DNA from: Octopus vulgaris
Lineage: Eukaryota
Assembly (NCBI GenBank): GCA_951406725.2
Contig: OX597834.1
Coordinates: 28,458,001-28,522,000 of the forward strand
DNA: 64,000 nucleotides
Direction of reading: 5' to 3'
A program made the translations under genes and the position numbers. Positions 12,801-25,055 of this stretch are shown here, one piece after another (position 1 is the first letter of the stretch; every line of letters begins with the position of its first letter). The notes under the pieces were generated by a model. It was given only the letters and a program-made list of their open reading frames with translations, did no database searches and had not been told where the DNA came from.

Positions 12801-13114
12801 AGTAATAATTGAGATTACGATTTTGCTCAAGAAAAAAAAAAGACTTCAAAATTTTAATTTTTTTGCCCTTACAAGTGTTTGTAACCTTTTCAAAAAACAA
12901 AACACGAATAATTTTTTTGAAATAATTTATTGGATAATTCCTTTACTGGATATTACAAAGGTGGGATAGTCAAGACTGGAACGTCTTCGATTCGTGGGAC
13001 GATTTACTTATAAAGAACATAACACACACACACACACACATGTGAATGTATAACGTACACCTTTCTGTGTATGTCAGTATGTGTGTGCGTATGTATGTAT
13101 ATATTTATGTGCAC

Positions 13115-13150
<36 letters not shown>

Positions 13151-13313
13151 AGTTCCTTGGGTTTGTGTCTATGTTTTCGTTTCTCATTGTGTTCGACGTC
13201 TTTTTGGTGTCCTGTACTCATATATGCGTGTATATGTACATGTAGAGGTAGGTACGTACATATATGCATATGTTTTATTTATTAATATATATAGATATAT
13301 ATTATACATACAT

Positions 13314-13391
<78 letters not shown>

Positions 13392-13803
13392 TTATGTATA
13401 TGCATATGTGTGTCTCAGTAAAGCTGCAGAGAAATTTTTATCTGATTGGTCAACAAGTAACAAATTTAATCCGTTAGAGTTCCCTCCCTTGTCCTAAAAA
13501 AACCCATTCAACATTTGTTCATTATTTTCGTCCCGAAGTCGGCGATGTTTCGTTCTATCAACCGGCACCAAACGACCTGGGACTCCTTTTAATACACAAA
13601 CAACACAACACAATCCCTACAACAAATATCTGGACGATTACAGAAAGCTATTGAAAACTAAACGTGACTTCCAGGAAGATGTATTGGCGATGTTCGCTGA
13701 TGTTATTTCACGAATCCTTTCTTTTAACATAATTTACCGGGTATTTTAAGTAAATAAATACAGAAGGAAGGAAGAAATACCCTTCGTTTTGGAATATCAG
13801 TCC

Positions 13804-14071
13804 TTCGAAAGGCAATCTTTCGTCTCTAGTAGACCTTTCCGTCGATTTTTTTTTTTTTTTACATATGGGCTTGCGGGAACTTTTGAAGTAATGCAAGCGA
13901 AAGAGACTAAGAGACAGCGATTGTATGACGAGGGAAGTTCTTTTGAAGTTACCGTGCATGTGAAGCATTGATGTACATGTGTGTGTGTGTGTTTGATGGG
14001 GTGTGGGAGACGGACAGAATGTTGTGTAATCGACGGAAAGGTCTACTAGAGACGAAAGATCGCCCTTCGAA
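13804..14071. repeat. 44-bp inverted repeat with 180-bp spacer, outside any recognised repeat
   Basis: 13804-13847 vs 14028-14071: 42/44 complementary, no indels. Confidence 0.9.
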
Positions 14072-14253
14072 ATCCTAAACCTCATAGAGAAGGAAAAAAT
14101 CTTTCCCACCAAAATTTCGATTTCTGACAGTAATCCCTCGCCACATCGCGGTTTATCATTTAAGCTTACGTCGATTCCTCTGTGGTATTGTTTTGCATTT
14201 ATTATAAAATAAATATATACAAATTATAAAAACAATTTTAAAAATACAGTACA

Positions 14254-14669
14254 GGGATCTTTGCGGTTTGAACGGCAGTTTTTTCTAGCGGTGTCATATG
14301 AAATTGTCACCCATAATTATGACCCTAGTATCGATCTATTGCATTTCAATCTGTTTTAGGGTTAGGGGTGGGGGTTAGGGTATCTTTTTTTCTTCACAAA
14401 TGTAAATAAACCCAATCTGTTTCTTAAACGAGGGACATATTCATACGGCACAGAATGTTTTCACCTCCAATACACGTCATTGATTGGTTGAAATTGCAGA
14501 AATTGAAGAAAAAGAACAACAAATATCTTACAACGTATAGAATTTTCTCAATAAAGCCAAGAGAAAAAGATGTTTTATAAACACATTCTACCAGTATACG
14601 AAGTTTAGAAGTGTTTAGTTACGTGGAAATTATTTTAAAAAAAACTGCCGTTCAAACCGAAAAGATCCC
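14254..14669. mobile_element. MITE with about 30-bp TIRs and an internal TTAGGG-like tract
   Basis: GGGATCTTTGCGGTTTGAACGGCAGTTTTTT / AAAAAACTGCCGTTCAAACCGAAAAGATCCC; AGTACA on both flanks; second copy at 56563-56971. Confidence 0.85.
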
Positions 14670-14826
14670 AGTACAGTACTATTTCTCGGATTTTCACCTA
14701 TTGCGGGGTGTTTTGGAACGTAACACCCGCGATAGTCGAAGGATTACTCTGTGTGTGTGCGTGTGTATACTCTTTACTCTCTTTTACTCTTTTACAATAA
14801 AAGGAGTAAGATATATATATATACCT

Positions 14827-15056
14827 ATTTCTTTATTACCCACAAGAGGCTAAACATAGAGGGGACAAACAAAGACAGGCATAGGTATTAAGTCGATTAC
14901 ATCGACCCCAGTGCGTAACTGGTACTTAATTTATCGACCCCGAAAGGATGAAAGGCAAAGTCGACCTCAGCGGAATTTGAACTCAGAACGTAACGGCAGA
15001 CAAAATACCGCTAAGCATTTCACCCGGTGTGCTAACGGTTCTGCCAGCTCGCCGCC
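14827..15056 (-). mobile_element. SINE family B1, full length
   Basis: Full match to the B1 pattern; likely TSD TATACCT. Confidence 0.9.
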
Positions 15057-15343
15057 TATACCTTATACTTGTTTCAGTCATTATTGCCTAAATAAAGTTG
15101 TAGGTAAAAAAAAAAATATCTAAGTTGAAATTCTGAGGTGTGGGGGAATCAATTTGTTTCAGGATCACAATTTGTGTTGTATTAAAAATAATAATAATAA
15201 CAATAATAATAATAATAATTGTGTACAGTTTTCCTTCCCCCATGAGATGTAGCACTTTGAAGGAAAACTACCACAAAATTCCAGTAGAATGAACGTTTTA
15301 GAAGAAAGGAGGCACAGGTGGTTTTGTTTGGTTTTGTTAAACA

Positions 15344-15580
15344 AAGGCGGCGAGCTGGCAGAATCGTTCGCACGCCAGGCGAAATGCTTAGCGGTATTTC
15401 GTCTGCCGTTAGGTTCTGAGTTCAAATTCCGCCAAAGTCGACTTTGCCTTTCATCCTTTCGGGGTCAATAAATTAAGTACTAGTTACGCACTGGGGTCAA
15501 TATAATCGACTTAATACCTATGTCTGTCGTTGTTTGTCCCCTCTATGTTTAACCCCTTGTGGGTAGTAAAGAAATAGGTG
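15344..15580 (+). mobile_element. SINE family B1, full length
   Basis: Full match; inverted relative to 14827-15056. Confidence 0.9.
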
Positions 15581-16230
15581 TGACTGTGTTTGAGAAGCTT
15601 GCTTTACTACCAAGTGGACTCCGGTTCAATCCCACTGCGTGGCACATTGGGCAGGTGTCTAGTGGATCAATGCATTGTGAGTGGTTTTGGTAGATGGAAA
15701 ATGAAAGAAGCCCGTTTTATGTGTGCGTGTGTGTATGTTTGTTTCCCATCACCACATGATAACCAGTGTTGGTATATTTACATCCTAGTAACCCAACAGT
15801 TCAGCAAAAGAAACAGTCAGAATAAATACCAGGCTTTTAAAATATAAGTATTGGGGTTGGTTTGTTTGACTAAAACCTTCAAGGTGGTGCACCAGCATGG
15901 CCACAGTCCAATAAGTTTAAAATCCCTCAAGGAGGTTCCCTAGCCAACCTAAGCCTTGTGAAGGGATTTAGTAAACAGTGACTGAAAGAAGCCTGTCTCG
16001 TGTGTGTGTGTGTGTGTACATGTGCGTGTGGATGTCCACGTGTCTGTTTGTCCGCCCACCATTGCTTGACAACAGCTGTTGGCACGTTTATGTCCTCGTA
16101 ACTTAGCAGTTCGCCAACAGTTACCGATAGAATAAATACCAGACTTATAAAAAAAAAAGTATTGGGGTCAATTCATTCGGCTAAAAATTCCTCAAGGTGG
16201 CATTCCAGCATGGCCAGAGGTGAAACAACA
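15581..16230 (+). mobile_element. Two tandem diverged SINE A copies
   Basis: Head, core and tail motifs recur twice with many CpG-to-TpG changes. Confidence 0.7.
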
Positions 16231-16339
16231 ATAACAATAGTCATTGAAAGAGATACTCAACCATATAAAATAGGATTATAATATATAAGAAATCTACCCA
16301 AGAACACAACACAGAGACCTGCAAAAAATATTTGAATAG

Positions 16340-16678
16340 ACAGCACCATCCGTACGTGGCCGTTGCCAGCTCCGCCTCGATCCAGTGCCGGTGGCACAAA
16401 AAAAAGCACCATCTGTTTGTGGCCGTTGCCAGCGCCGCCTTGGCCGGCTTCCGTGCCGGTGGCACGTGTGCAGACCCCTCTGGCACCTGTGCAGGTGGCA
16501 CGTAAAAAGCACCCATTACACTCGTGGAGTGGTTGGCGTTAGGAAGGGCATCCAGCTGTAGAAACTCTGCCAGATCAGACTGGAGCCTGGTGCAGCCCCT
16601 GGCTTCCCAGACCCCGGTCGAACCATCCAACCCGTGCTAGCGCAGAAAACGGACGTTAAACGATGATGATGATGATGA
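16340..16678 (+). mobile_element. Retroposon family D with (GAT)n tail
   Basis: GGTTGGCGTTAGGAAGGGCATCCAGCTGTAG core, internal ~60-bp units containing GTGCCGGTGGCAC, ends GGACGTTAAACGATGATGATG; the core recalls RTE-associated non-autonomous elements (from memory). Confidence 0.8.
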
Positions 16679-17669
16679 CAGTAAAAGGGATAGTGGTGGC
16701 CCTTATACCATATGCACCCAGGTAGTTTATCTTTATGCACTTGCATGCACCCTAATCTAGGATTTAATTTTATGAGAAGGTGCTTCTACCATCCTTAGCT
16801 ACTCTACCCAAATCTATCTCTGCACCTGCTACCCTCATCACCTACATCTAATACACCCATCTATCCCCACATACCATCTGTATCTACTACCCCTATATGC
16901 TATCCCACCACCACATCCACCAGACCTACCACCCATTACTACCACCACCTGTATCTATCATCCTTATGTACAACCTCCATCTACCACCCTTATTTAGTCA
17001 ATCATTTATACTCTTACCAACCACCCTACCTATCACTCCATCTATCTCACCCCACCCTATTTAACACCCTCATCAAGTACTTTCATCTAAAACCTCCACC
17101 TACAATCCCCATCTATCCTATCCATCACCTTTATGTACCCATCACCCATATCACACCCATCTACTACCCTTACCACACCTACCCATATCTATCACCTTTA
17201 CATACCCCCTATTTACCACCCTTATCTACTACCCCACACTCCCTACCTTCTCTACTTCATCCATACACCTCACCAAGCCCCACCCATATCCTATCCCTTG
17301 TGTACCCCCTGTACCCCCCATCCTCATCTACTACCCTCGTTATTGATTACAGATATTTTCCTCAGCAACCTCCAATGCTAATTAAATCTCAACCAATCAG
17401 TAATAATATCTCTAAATACAGCATCCCATACTGCAGCAGCATTTAATTCAGTCACATAACTGCAACCAATAATTAACAACCAGTTAATTAATCAAATTAA
17501 TAATAAGTTATGATCACTGAACACACACACACACACACACACACACACTCAATTATACACCCACTCACACATATTTTCATACACATGCACATATTACAAT
17601 TCATAAAGAATGTGTACAGCAATGTGTATATATCCTTAAAATATGGCTGTATATGTATGTATAGATGTA

Positions 17670-18030
17670 TCATCATCATCATCATCGTTTAGCGTCCGTT
17701 TTCCATGCTAGCATGGGTTGGACGGTTCTACTGGGGTCTGTGAAGCCAGAAGGCTTCATCAGGCCCAGTCAAATCTGGCAGTGTTTCTACGGCTGGATGC
17801 CCTTCCTAACGCCAACCACTCCGTGAGTGTAGTGGGTGCTTTATACGTGCCACCCGCACAGGTGCCAGACAGAGCTGGCAAACGGCCACGAACGGATGGT
17901 GCTTTTTATGTGCCACCGGCACGAGGCTAGTCGGGGTGGTGCTGGCAACGGTCGCGAAACGGAAGGTTTTCTTACATGCCACCGGCACTGGTAACACATT
18001 TGCAATTTCCATTGATCGATTTCGATTCTG
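17670..18030 (-). mobile_element. Retroposon family D
   Basis: Reverse complement of the 16340-16678 pattern. Confidence 0.8.
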
Positions 18031-18133
18031 ATTATGTATGTAATTAAAGTATACAACCCCATCTATCCTAGCCATCTATCACTTTTATGTACCGACCCTT
18101 ACTATTTGAACTAACTGTGTATGTGTGTGCACA

Positions 18134-18165
<32 letters not shown>

Positions 18166-18168
<3 letters not shown>

Positions 18169-18340
18169 TCATCGTTTAACGTCTGTTTTTCATGCTAACA
18201 TGGGTTGGATGGTTCAACTGGGGTTCTGGGAAGCCAGGAAGCTGCATCAGGCTCCAGTCTGATCTGGCAGTGAATCTACAGCTGGATGCCCTTCCTAACG
18301 CCAACCACTCTAAGATGGTAGTGAGTGGTTTTTACGTGCA
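18166..18340 (-). mobile_element. Retroposon family D, 3' part
   Basis: Same core; further partial copies at about 28305-28445 (+), 33568-33668 (-), 40468-40603 (-), 45150-45353 (+). Confidence 0.75.
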
Positions 18341-18419
<79 letters not shown>

Positions 18420-18434
18420 CATACATATATATAC

Positions 18435-18489
<55 letters not shown>

Positions 18490-18588
18490 CATATATACAT
18501 ACATATATATACATATATACATACATACATATATATACATATATACATACATACATATATATATACATATATACATACATATATATAC

Positions 18589-18644
<56 letters not shown>

Positions 18645-18880
18645 AAAGTTTATGTGTGTGTGTATACACATATAGATAGATCAATCATATTTGCTTAAGT
18701 TGTGTTTATGTGCACATACATGTATATAAACAAACATATATTTTTAAAAATTTGTATATGTGTATACACACACACACTGTATTTTGTTATAGATGTAACA
18801 ACTGTTTATGTTAATTCATAATGTTTGGGTTTTTTTTCCATTTTATCCTACAATTCCTTCTGCTACAGTTTTCCACTGCT

Positions 18881-18975
<95 letters not shown>

Positions 18976-18999
18976 AGTAGTAGTGGTAGCAGCAGTAGC

Positions 19000-19056
<57 letters not shown>

Positions 19057-19057
19057 G

Positions 19058-19091
<34 letters not shown>

Positions 19092-19650
19092 CAGAAGCAG
19101 CACTTGTAATTATGGTGGTGGTGGTGATAGTAGTAGTAGTAGTAGCAGCAGCAGTAATGATGGTGGAGGTGGTAGTAGTAGTAGTAGTAGCAATTTCATT
19201 GTCACCACCACCCTGCCTCCATTAACACCAACCAACCAGCCAACCAACCAACCAATCAGCCAGCCAACCAGTCTGCCAGTTCGATATTCCCAGCCTCTCT
19301 TTATCGATTGGAATCAGTCTGGCATCATCACCACCAACACCAACAACAACAACATTACCGCACCTACTACTAGCACCAACATTACTAATATTACCACACC
19401 ATCACCACTACTGCTACTAACATCATCGCCAACAACAACAACACTATTACACCTACAACTATTATTACCACAACCACCACCACCACTACCATCGCCAACA
19501 CCGTCACCACCACCATCTCCACTAAAACCACCCCCACAATTACTACTGTCAACTCAGCACTGATATTACCACCACCACCATCATTACCACCACTATACCA
19601 TTCCCCCCTGCACACCACCACCACCACTAATACTGTGCCACACCCTACCA
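18881..19650. repeat. (AGT)n/(GGT)n tract followed by degenerate (ACC)/(ACT)/(AAC) tract
   Basis: Direct inspection; gives the poly-Ser, poly-Val and poly-Leu ORFs. Confidence 0.9.
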
Positions 19651-19769
19651 CAGTGCTATCCGATAACCATCTCCCCTTCTGTAGGATTTGCTTTTCCCTG
19701 TATTACTATGACTCGCCGCCACCATCTCCTTTCATTGTAGATCGATATTGATAAGACAATAAAGGTGTG

Positions 19770-20045
19770 TACAGGTGTGTGTGTGTGTGTCTTAACACGT
19801 GTGTGGATAGATGTGTGTGTGTGTGTTAACACGTGTGTGGATAGATGTGTGTGTATGTGTTAACACGTGTGTGGATAGATGTGTGTGTGTGTGTGTGTGT
19901 GTGTGGATAGATGTATGTGTGTGTGTGTGTGTTAACATGTGTGTGTTAACACGTGTGTGGATAGATGTGTGTGTGTGTGTGAATAGATGTGTGTGTGTGT
20001 GTGTGTGTGTGTTAACACGTGTGTGGATAGATGTGTGTGTGTGTG
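19770..20045. repeat. Minisatellite TGTTAACACGTGTGTGGATAGA + (TG)n
   Basis: About 6 imperfect units. Confidence 0.85.
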
Positions 20046-20064
20046 TATGTATTTATGTATTCTT

Positions 20065-20270
20065 TTTATCCTTTTTCATTTGTTTCAGTCATTTGACTAT
20101 GGCCATGCTGGAGCACCACCTTCAGTTGAACAAGTCGACCCCAGGACTTGTTCTTTGTAAGCCTAGTACTTATTATATTGGTCTCTTTTGCCGAACTGCT
20201 AAGTTACAGGGACGTAAACACACCAACATCAGTTGTCAAGCGATGGTGGGTGGGGGGGACAAACACAGAT

Positions 20271-20310
<40 letters not shown>

Positions 20311-20466
20311 GATGGGCTTCTTTCAGTTTCTATCTACCAAATCCACTAACAAGGCTTTGGTCAGCCTGAGGCTATAGTAGAAGACACTTGGCCAAGGTGT
20401 CACACAGTGGGACTGAACCCAGAACCATGTAGTTGGGAAGCAAGCTACTTACCACACAGTAACTCC

Positions 20467-20468
<2 letters not shown>
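20065..20468 (-). mobile_element. SINE family A, CpG-decayed
   Basis: Full structure with TpG/CpA substitutions; a further head at 20920-21070 (-). Confidence 0.85.
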
Positions 20469-20500
<32 letters not shown>

Positions 20501-21565
20501 TATATATATATATATATACACAAAACGCCCTCCCCCCATCCAATGGACGGTGCTGAATCATATCTGTGGAATAAAAAGCAATCAGTGTTTTCTTTTCATT
20601 AAAAAATAATTAAACATGCCTTTATTTCAATAAAATTTTTGGTTTTGTTAAAGTTAAGGCAAAAAAAAACTTCTTGAGAAACCAAAAAGTCTTTCCTTCC
20701 TTCATACCAAGTTTGAAGAAAATATCTCTTTTGCATCTTACTTCTTTGGTCTCTTAAATATACTGCATTTTGTGGCATTATTTCAAGCCAGCCCGCTTTT
20801 TTGCGCAAACTGCACGTGCATTTTTCTTGCATGTGCGTAGTATCGATCATAACAGCTCATGTACTTGCGCATACAAACGCACATTCCCATGGCTTTATCG
20901 ATTGCATTCTCACCTGGAATCAGTTTCCATCTACCAAATCCAGTCACAAGGCTTTGGTCAGCCCAAGGCTTTAGTAGATGACACTTACCCAAGGTGCCAC
21001 GCAGTGGGACTGAATCCGGAACCATGTGGTTAGTAAGCAAGCTACTTACAACACAGCCACTCCTACGCCTATACATACATACAAACAAAAATACCCTATT
21101 GCTGATGTTGAAATTCCAATGAAGGAGCCTTGGATCTAGGTAAGAAACCGATTCTTTCTCTATTGGTAAGAAATCTTGAAATAAAACTGAACAATGACAT
21201 ATATACTAGACATATATATTCTTTGAATATTTCGTATTCTTCAGTCATTGAAGAATTTAGTTCAATAAACCAACCTCAGTACATATTCTATTGCTTCCAT
21301 TTTGCCGGACTGCTACGTAAACAAGCCATCATTGCTTGTTGAGTAGGGAACACTCACATGCACCATACACACAACATGAGATAGGCTTCTACGCTGTTTG
21401 CTATCATTAAATTCACTCACAAGCCACTGGTCATCCTAGGGTGGCAGGAGAAAATACTTGTCCAAGGTATTGTGCAGTGGGACTGAACCTAAAAGCACAA
21501 GCTTGAAAGCAAATTTCTGAGCCACAAACCCATCAAACCCATGCCTGCACATATACATACACATA

Positions 21566-21736
21566 GGCGTAGCAGTGGCTGTGTGGTAAGTAGCTTGCTT
21601 ACGAACCACATGGTTCTGGGTTCAGTCCCACTGCGTGGCACCTTGGGCAAGTGTCTTCTTCTTTAGCCTCGGGCTGATCAAAGCCTTGAGAGTAGATTTG
21701 GTAGACGGAAACTGAAAGAAGCCTGTCGTATTTATG

Positions 21737-21793
<57 letters not shown>

Positions 21794-22007
21794 ATATGTT
21801 TGTGTGTCTGTGTTTGTCACCCCAACATCACTTGACAACCGATGCTGGTGTGTTTGCGTCCCCGTAACTTAGCGGTTCAGCAAAAGAGACCGATAGAATA
21901 AGTACTGGGCTTACAAAGAATAAGTCGTGGGGTCGAGTTGCTCGACTAAAGGCGGTGCTCCAGCATGCCCGCAGTCACATGACAAACAAGTAAAAGAGTA
22001 ACGAGAG
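21566..22007 (+). mobile_element. SINE family A, full length (outer left part of the palindrome)
   Basis: Complete structure. Confidence 0.9.
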
Positions 22008-22753
22008 TATACATCTGTCTGTCTATCTGTCTCTCTCTGTCTCCCACACTATATATATTTTATATCTCACTTGTTTCAGTTATTGGTCCAAGGCCATACT
22101 GGGGCACCATCTGGAAGAATTTTAGTAGAACAACTCAACAAATCAGCTCCAGTTTATTTTCTTTTGAAGTCTGGTACTTATTCCGTCAGTCTTTAAGTGA
22201 TGGGGATGTAAACACACCAACACCGATTGTTGAGCAGTGGTGGGGGACAAACTCACACACATACATGACAGGCTTCTTTCAGTTTCCATCTACCAAATCT
22301 ACTCACAAGTCTTTAGCTGACCCGAGTCTGTAGTAGAAGACATCTGCCCAAGTTGCCATGTAGTGGGACTATATATATATAGGTGTGGCAAGACACATCC
22401 TTCCCAATCACATGGTTCTGGGTTCAGTCCCACTACATGGCAACTTGGGCAGATGTCTTCTACTACAGACTCGGGTCAGCTAAAGACTTGTGAGTAGATT
22501 TGGTAGATGGAAACTGAAAGAAGCCTGTCATGTATGTGTGTGAGTTTGTCCCCCACCACTGCTCAACAATCGGTGTTGGTGTGTTTACATCCCCATCACT
22601 TAAAGACTGACGGAATAAGTACCAGACTTCAAAAGAAAATAAACTGGAGCTGATTTGTTGAGTTGTTCTACTAAAATTCTTCCAGATGGTGCCCCAGTAT
22701 GGCCTTGGACCAATAACTGAAACAAGTGAGATATAAAATATATATAGTGTGAA

Positions 22754-22784
<31 letters not shown>

Positions 22785-23019
22785 TGTATACTCTCGTTAC
22801 TCTTTTACTTGTTTGCCATGTGAATGTGGCCATGCTGGAGCACCGCATTTAGTCGAGGAAATCGACCCCCAGGACTTATTCTTTGTAAGCCTAGTACTTA
22901 TTCTATCGGTCTTTTTTGCTGAACCGCTAAGTTACGGGGACGTAAACACACCAGCATCGGTTGTCAAGTGATGTTGGGGTGACAAACACAGACACACAAA
23001 CATATACACACACACATAC

Positions 23020-23060
<41 letters not shown>
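21750..23060. repeat. Long palindrome: ~620-bp arms, inner 326 bp perfect, 55-bp spacer
   Basis: 22045-22370 is the exact reverse complement of 22426-22751 by eye; homology continues outward through a second SINE A. Confidence 0.92.
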
Positions 23061-23075
<15 letters not shown>

Positions 23076-23685
23076 GCATAAACACACACAAAAGGCTTCT
23101 TTACAGTTACCCTGTACCAAATTTCACTCACTAGGCATTGGTCTTTGGTCATCCTGTGGAAACAGAAGATGTTTGCCCAAGATGTCACCCAGTGGAATTT
23201 GAACCTGGAACTGGGTAGTTGCTAAGCAAACATCTACACACTATCTTAAACACATAAACACAATACCACATGCACATATGAATGTAGACACACTGACATA
23301 CACACACACACATACATACACGAAAGTGTTTACACACAAAAGCACATAAATACAGAAAGACAATATACACATGCATTTACGCACGCAAAAATGCTCAGAT
23401 GAATACATACATGAGTACTGAAGCACAGACTCATACTCGAGTATAAACACATGGACAATAAACACGGAAGATCATGCGTATGTAAACACACTAACACATA
23501 GATAACACAAAGTGCAACACACACACACACATTCACTCAGATGCAAAAACATGTACACAAATGCACGAATATACATATGGTCACACAGAAATACAAGCAC
23601 GACCACATGCATGCACACACAAACACACACACAGAGTAAAACATACACACTCACATATAGAAACAGTACACACTCACATATAGAA

Positions 23686-24297
23686 ACAGCGAGAGCTGGA
23701 CAACATACACCCGGCAAGAATGCCGCCTCAGCGGCTTCCACATGCGGTGTCTTCGACGGATCCTTGGCATCTCCTGGAAGGACCGAGTACCAAACGGAGT
23801 CATCCTAGAACAGACTAATATGCCCTCCTCGTGCGGAGATGACTGCACTGGCTCGGACACGTCTGCCGCATGCAGGACGGTCGCATGCCTAAAGATATCC
23901 TGTACAGCGAACTCACCACGGGATCCCAACCCAAGGGACGTCCACAGCTACGATACAGGGATGTGTGCAAGCGCGATCTGAGGACTGCCAACATCTGTGT
24001 GGACACGTGGGAGGTAACAGCTGCTGACCGCTCTGCCTGGCGTCGGACAGTGAGGAAAGGCGTTTCCATGGCTGAGGAAAGGAGAGCACAGCTGTGGTCA
24101 GACAGGCGGGACAGGAGGAGGACAACTGCAGCAACACCCCACACGTACCCATCGATGTTCGTGTGCAGCAACTGTACCAAGGACTGCCACTCTAGAATTG
24201 GACTGTTCAGTCACAGCAGACGCTGCTCATCATCAAAGTAGGCCTCACCCTTGGCGTGACCCATTGTCTATCAAGACAGACGGGGAGAAGAAGAAGA

Positions 24298-24300
<3 letters not shown>
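23686..24300 (+). mobile_element. RTE-clade LINE, 5'-truncated: RT C-terminal region plus zinc-finger-like end
   Basis: ESWTTY...FHMRCLRRILGISWKDRVPN / LHWLGHVCRMQDGRMPKDILYSEL...GRPQLRYRD...AADRSAWR...CSNCTKDCHSRIGLFSHSRRC*; frameshift near 23830; (AGA)n tail. Confidence 0.93.
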
Positions 24301-24332
<32 letters not shown>

Positions 24333-24335
<3 letters not shown>

Positions 24336-24515
24336 CAATTATTCAGTAGCTATGTTAAAACTCCAAGTTTCGGATGCCGGGGTGGAAATCCACGCCACCA
24401 TCTCTTCAGTTATCCAGCATCGTTTGATGGCCGGATAACCGAATAGATGGTGGTGTGGGTTTCTGCCCCGACATCCAAAACTCAGAGTTTTATCAAGGCT
24501 ACCGAATAATTGTCA
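24333..24515. mobile_element. Hairpin mini-element (83-bp imperfect arms) with hammerhead-like cores, Penelope-like
   Basis: 24333-24415 pairs with 24433-24515; the minus strand of the left arm reads GATAA-CTGAAGA-GATG...CATC-CGAAAC. Confidence 0.65.
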
Positions 24516-24965
24516 CATATTAATTTTACAGATAAATTCCTCTATTTACATAATATCGAGGTCTCTTTCATTCTTTTGTTGTCTTACCATTCCTATCAAT
24601 ATATATATATACACACACACACACACATGCAGCAACAGACATATACCCATACACAAAAACATAGATGCAGAGAAATATGCACGTGCAAATACAAGAACAT
24701 ACACACACTTACACTAACACACACACAAACAGCAATATACAATGTACATTCACTCACATGCTAGAACATACGGCAACACAAACACATGAACACACACACA
24801 GAAGAAAACAAACAGGAAAACACACACACAGAGCAAAACAAACATATGGACACACACACACACAGCAAAACAATCATGGACACATACGCACACATGCACA
24901 CACAGAGCAACACAAACACATGAACACACACACACAAACAGCTACGCAAATACCTGAACACACAG

Positions 24966-24999
<34 letters not shown>

Positions 25000-25021
25000 C
25001 CACACACATACAGAGTATCAG

Positions 25022-25055
<34 letters not shown>

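Noticed and set aside
13498-13750. Stop-free plus-strand stretch (...NPYNKYLDDYRKLLKTKRDFQEDVLAMFAD...)
   Set aside because: No early start codon, no convincing splice sites and no recognised homology; kept only as part of the CpG-rich island
18808-19563. 251-aa Ser/Gly/Thr/Pro-rich ORF resembling a mucin
   Set aside because: Built from (AGT)n, (GGT)n and (ACC)n, open in overlapping frames on both strands, with no splice or homology support
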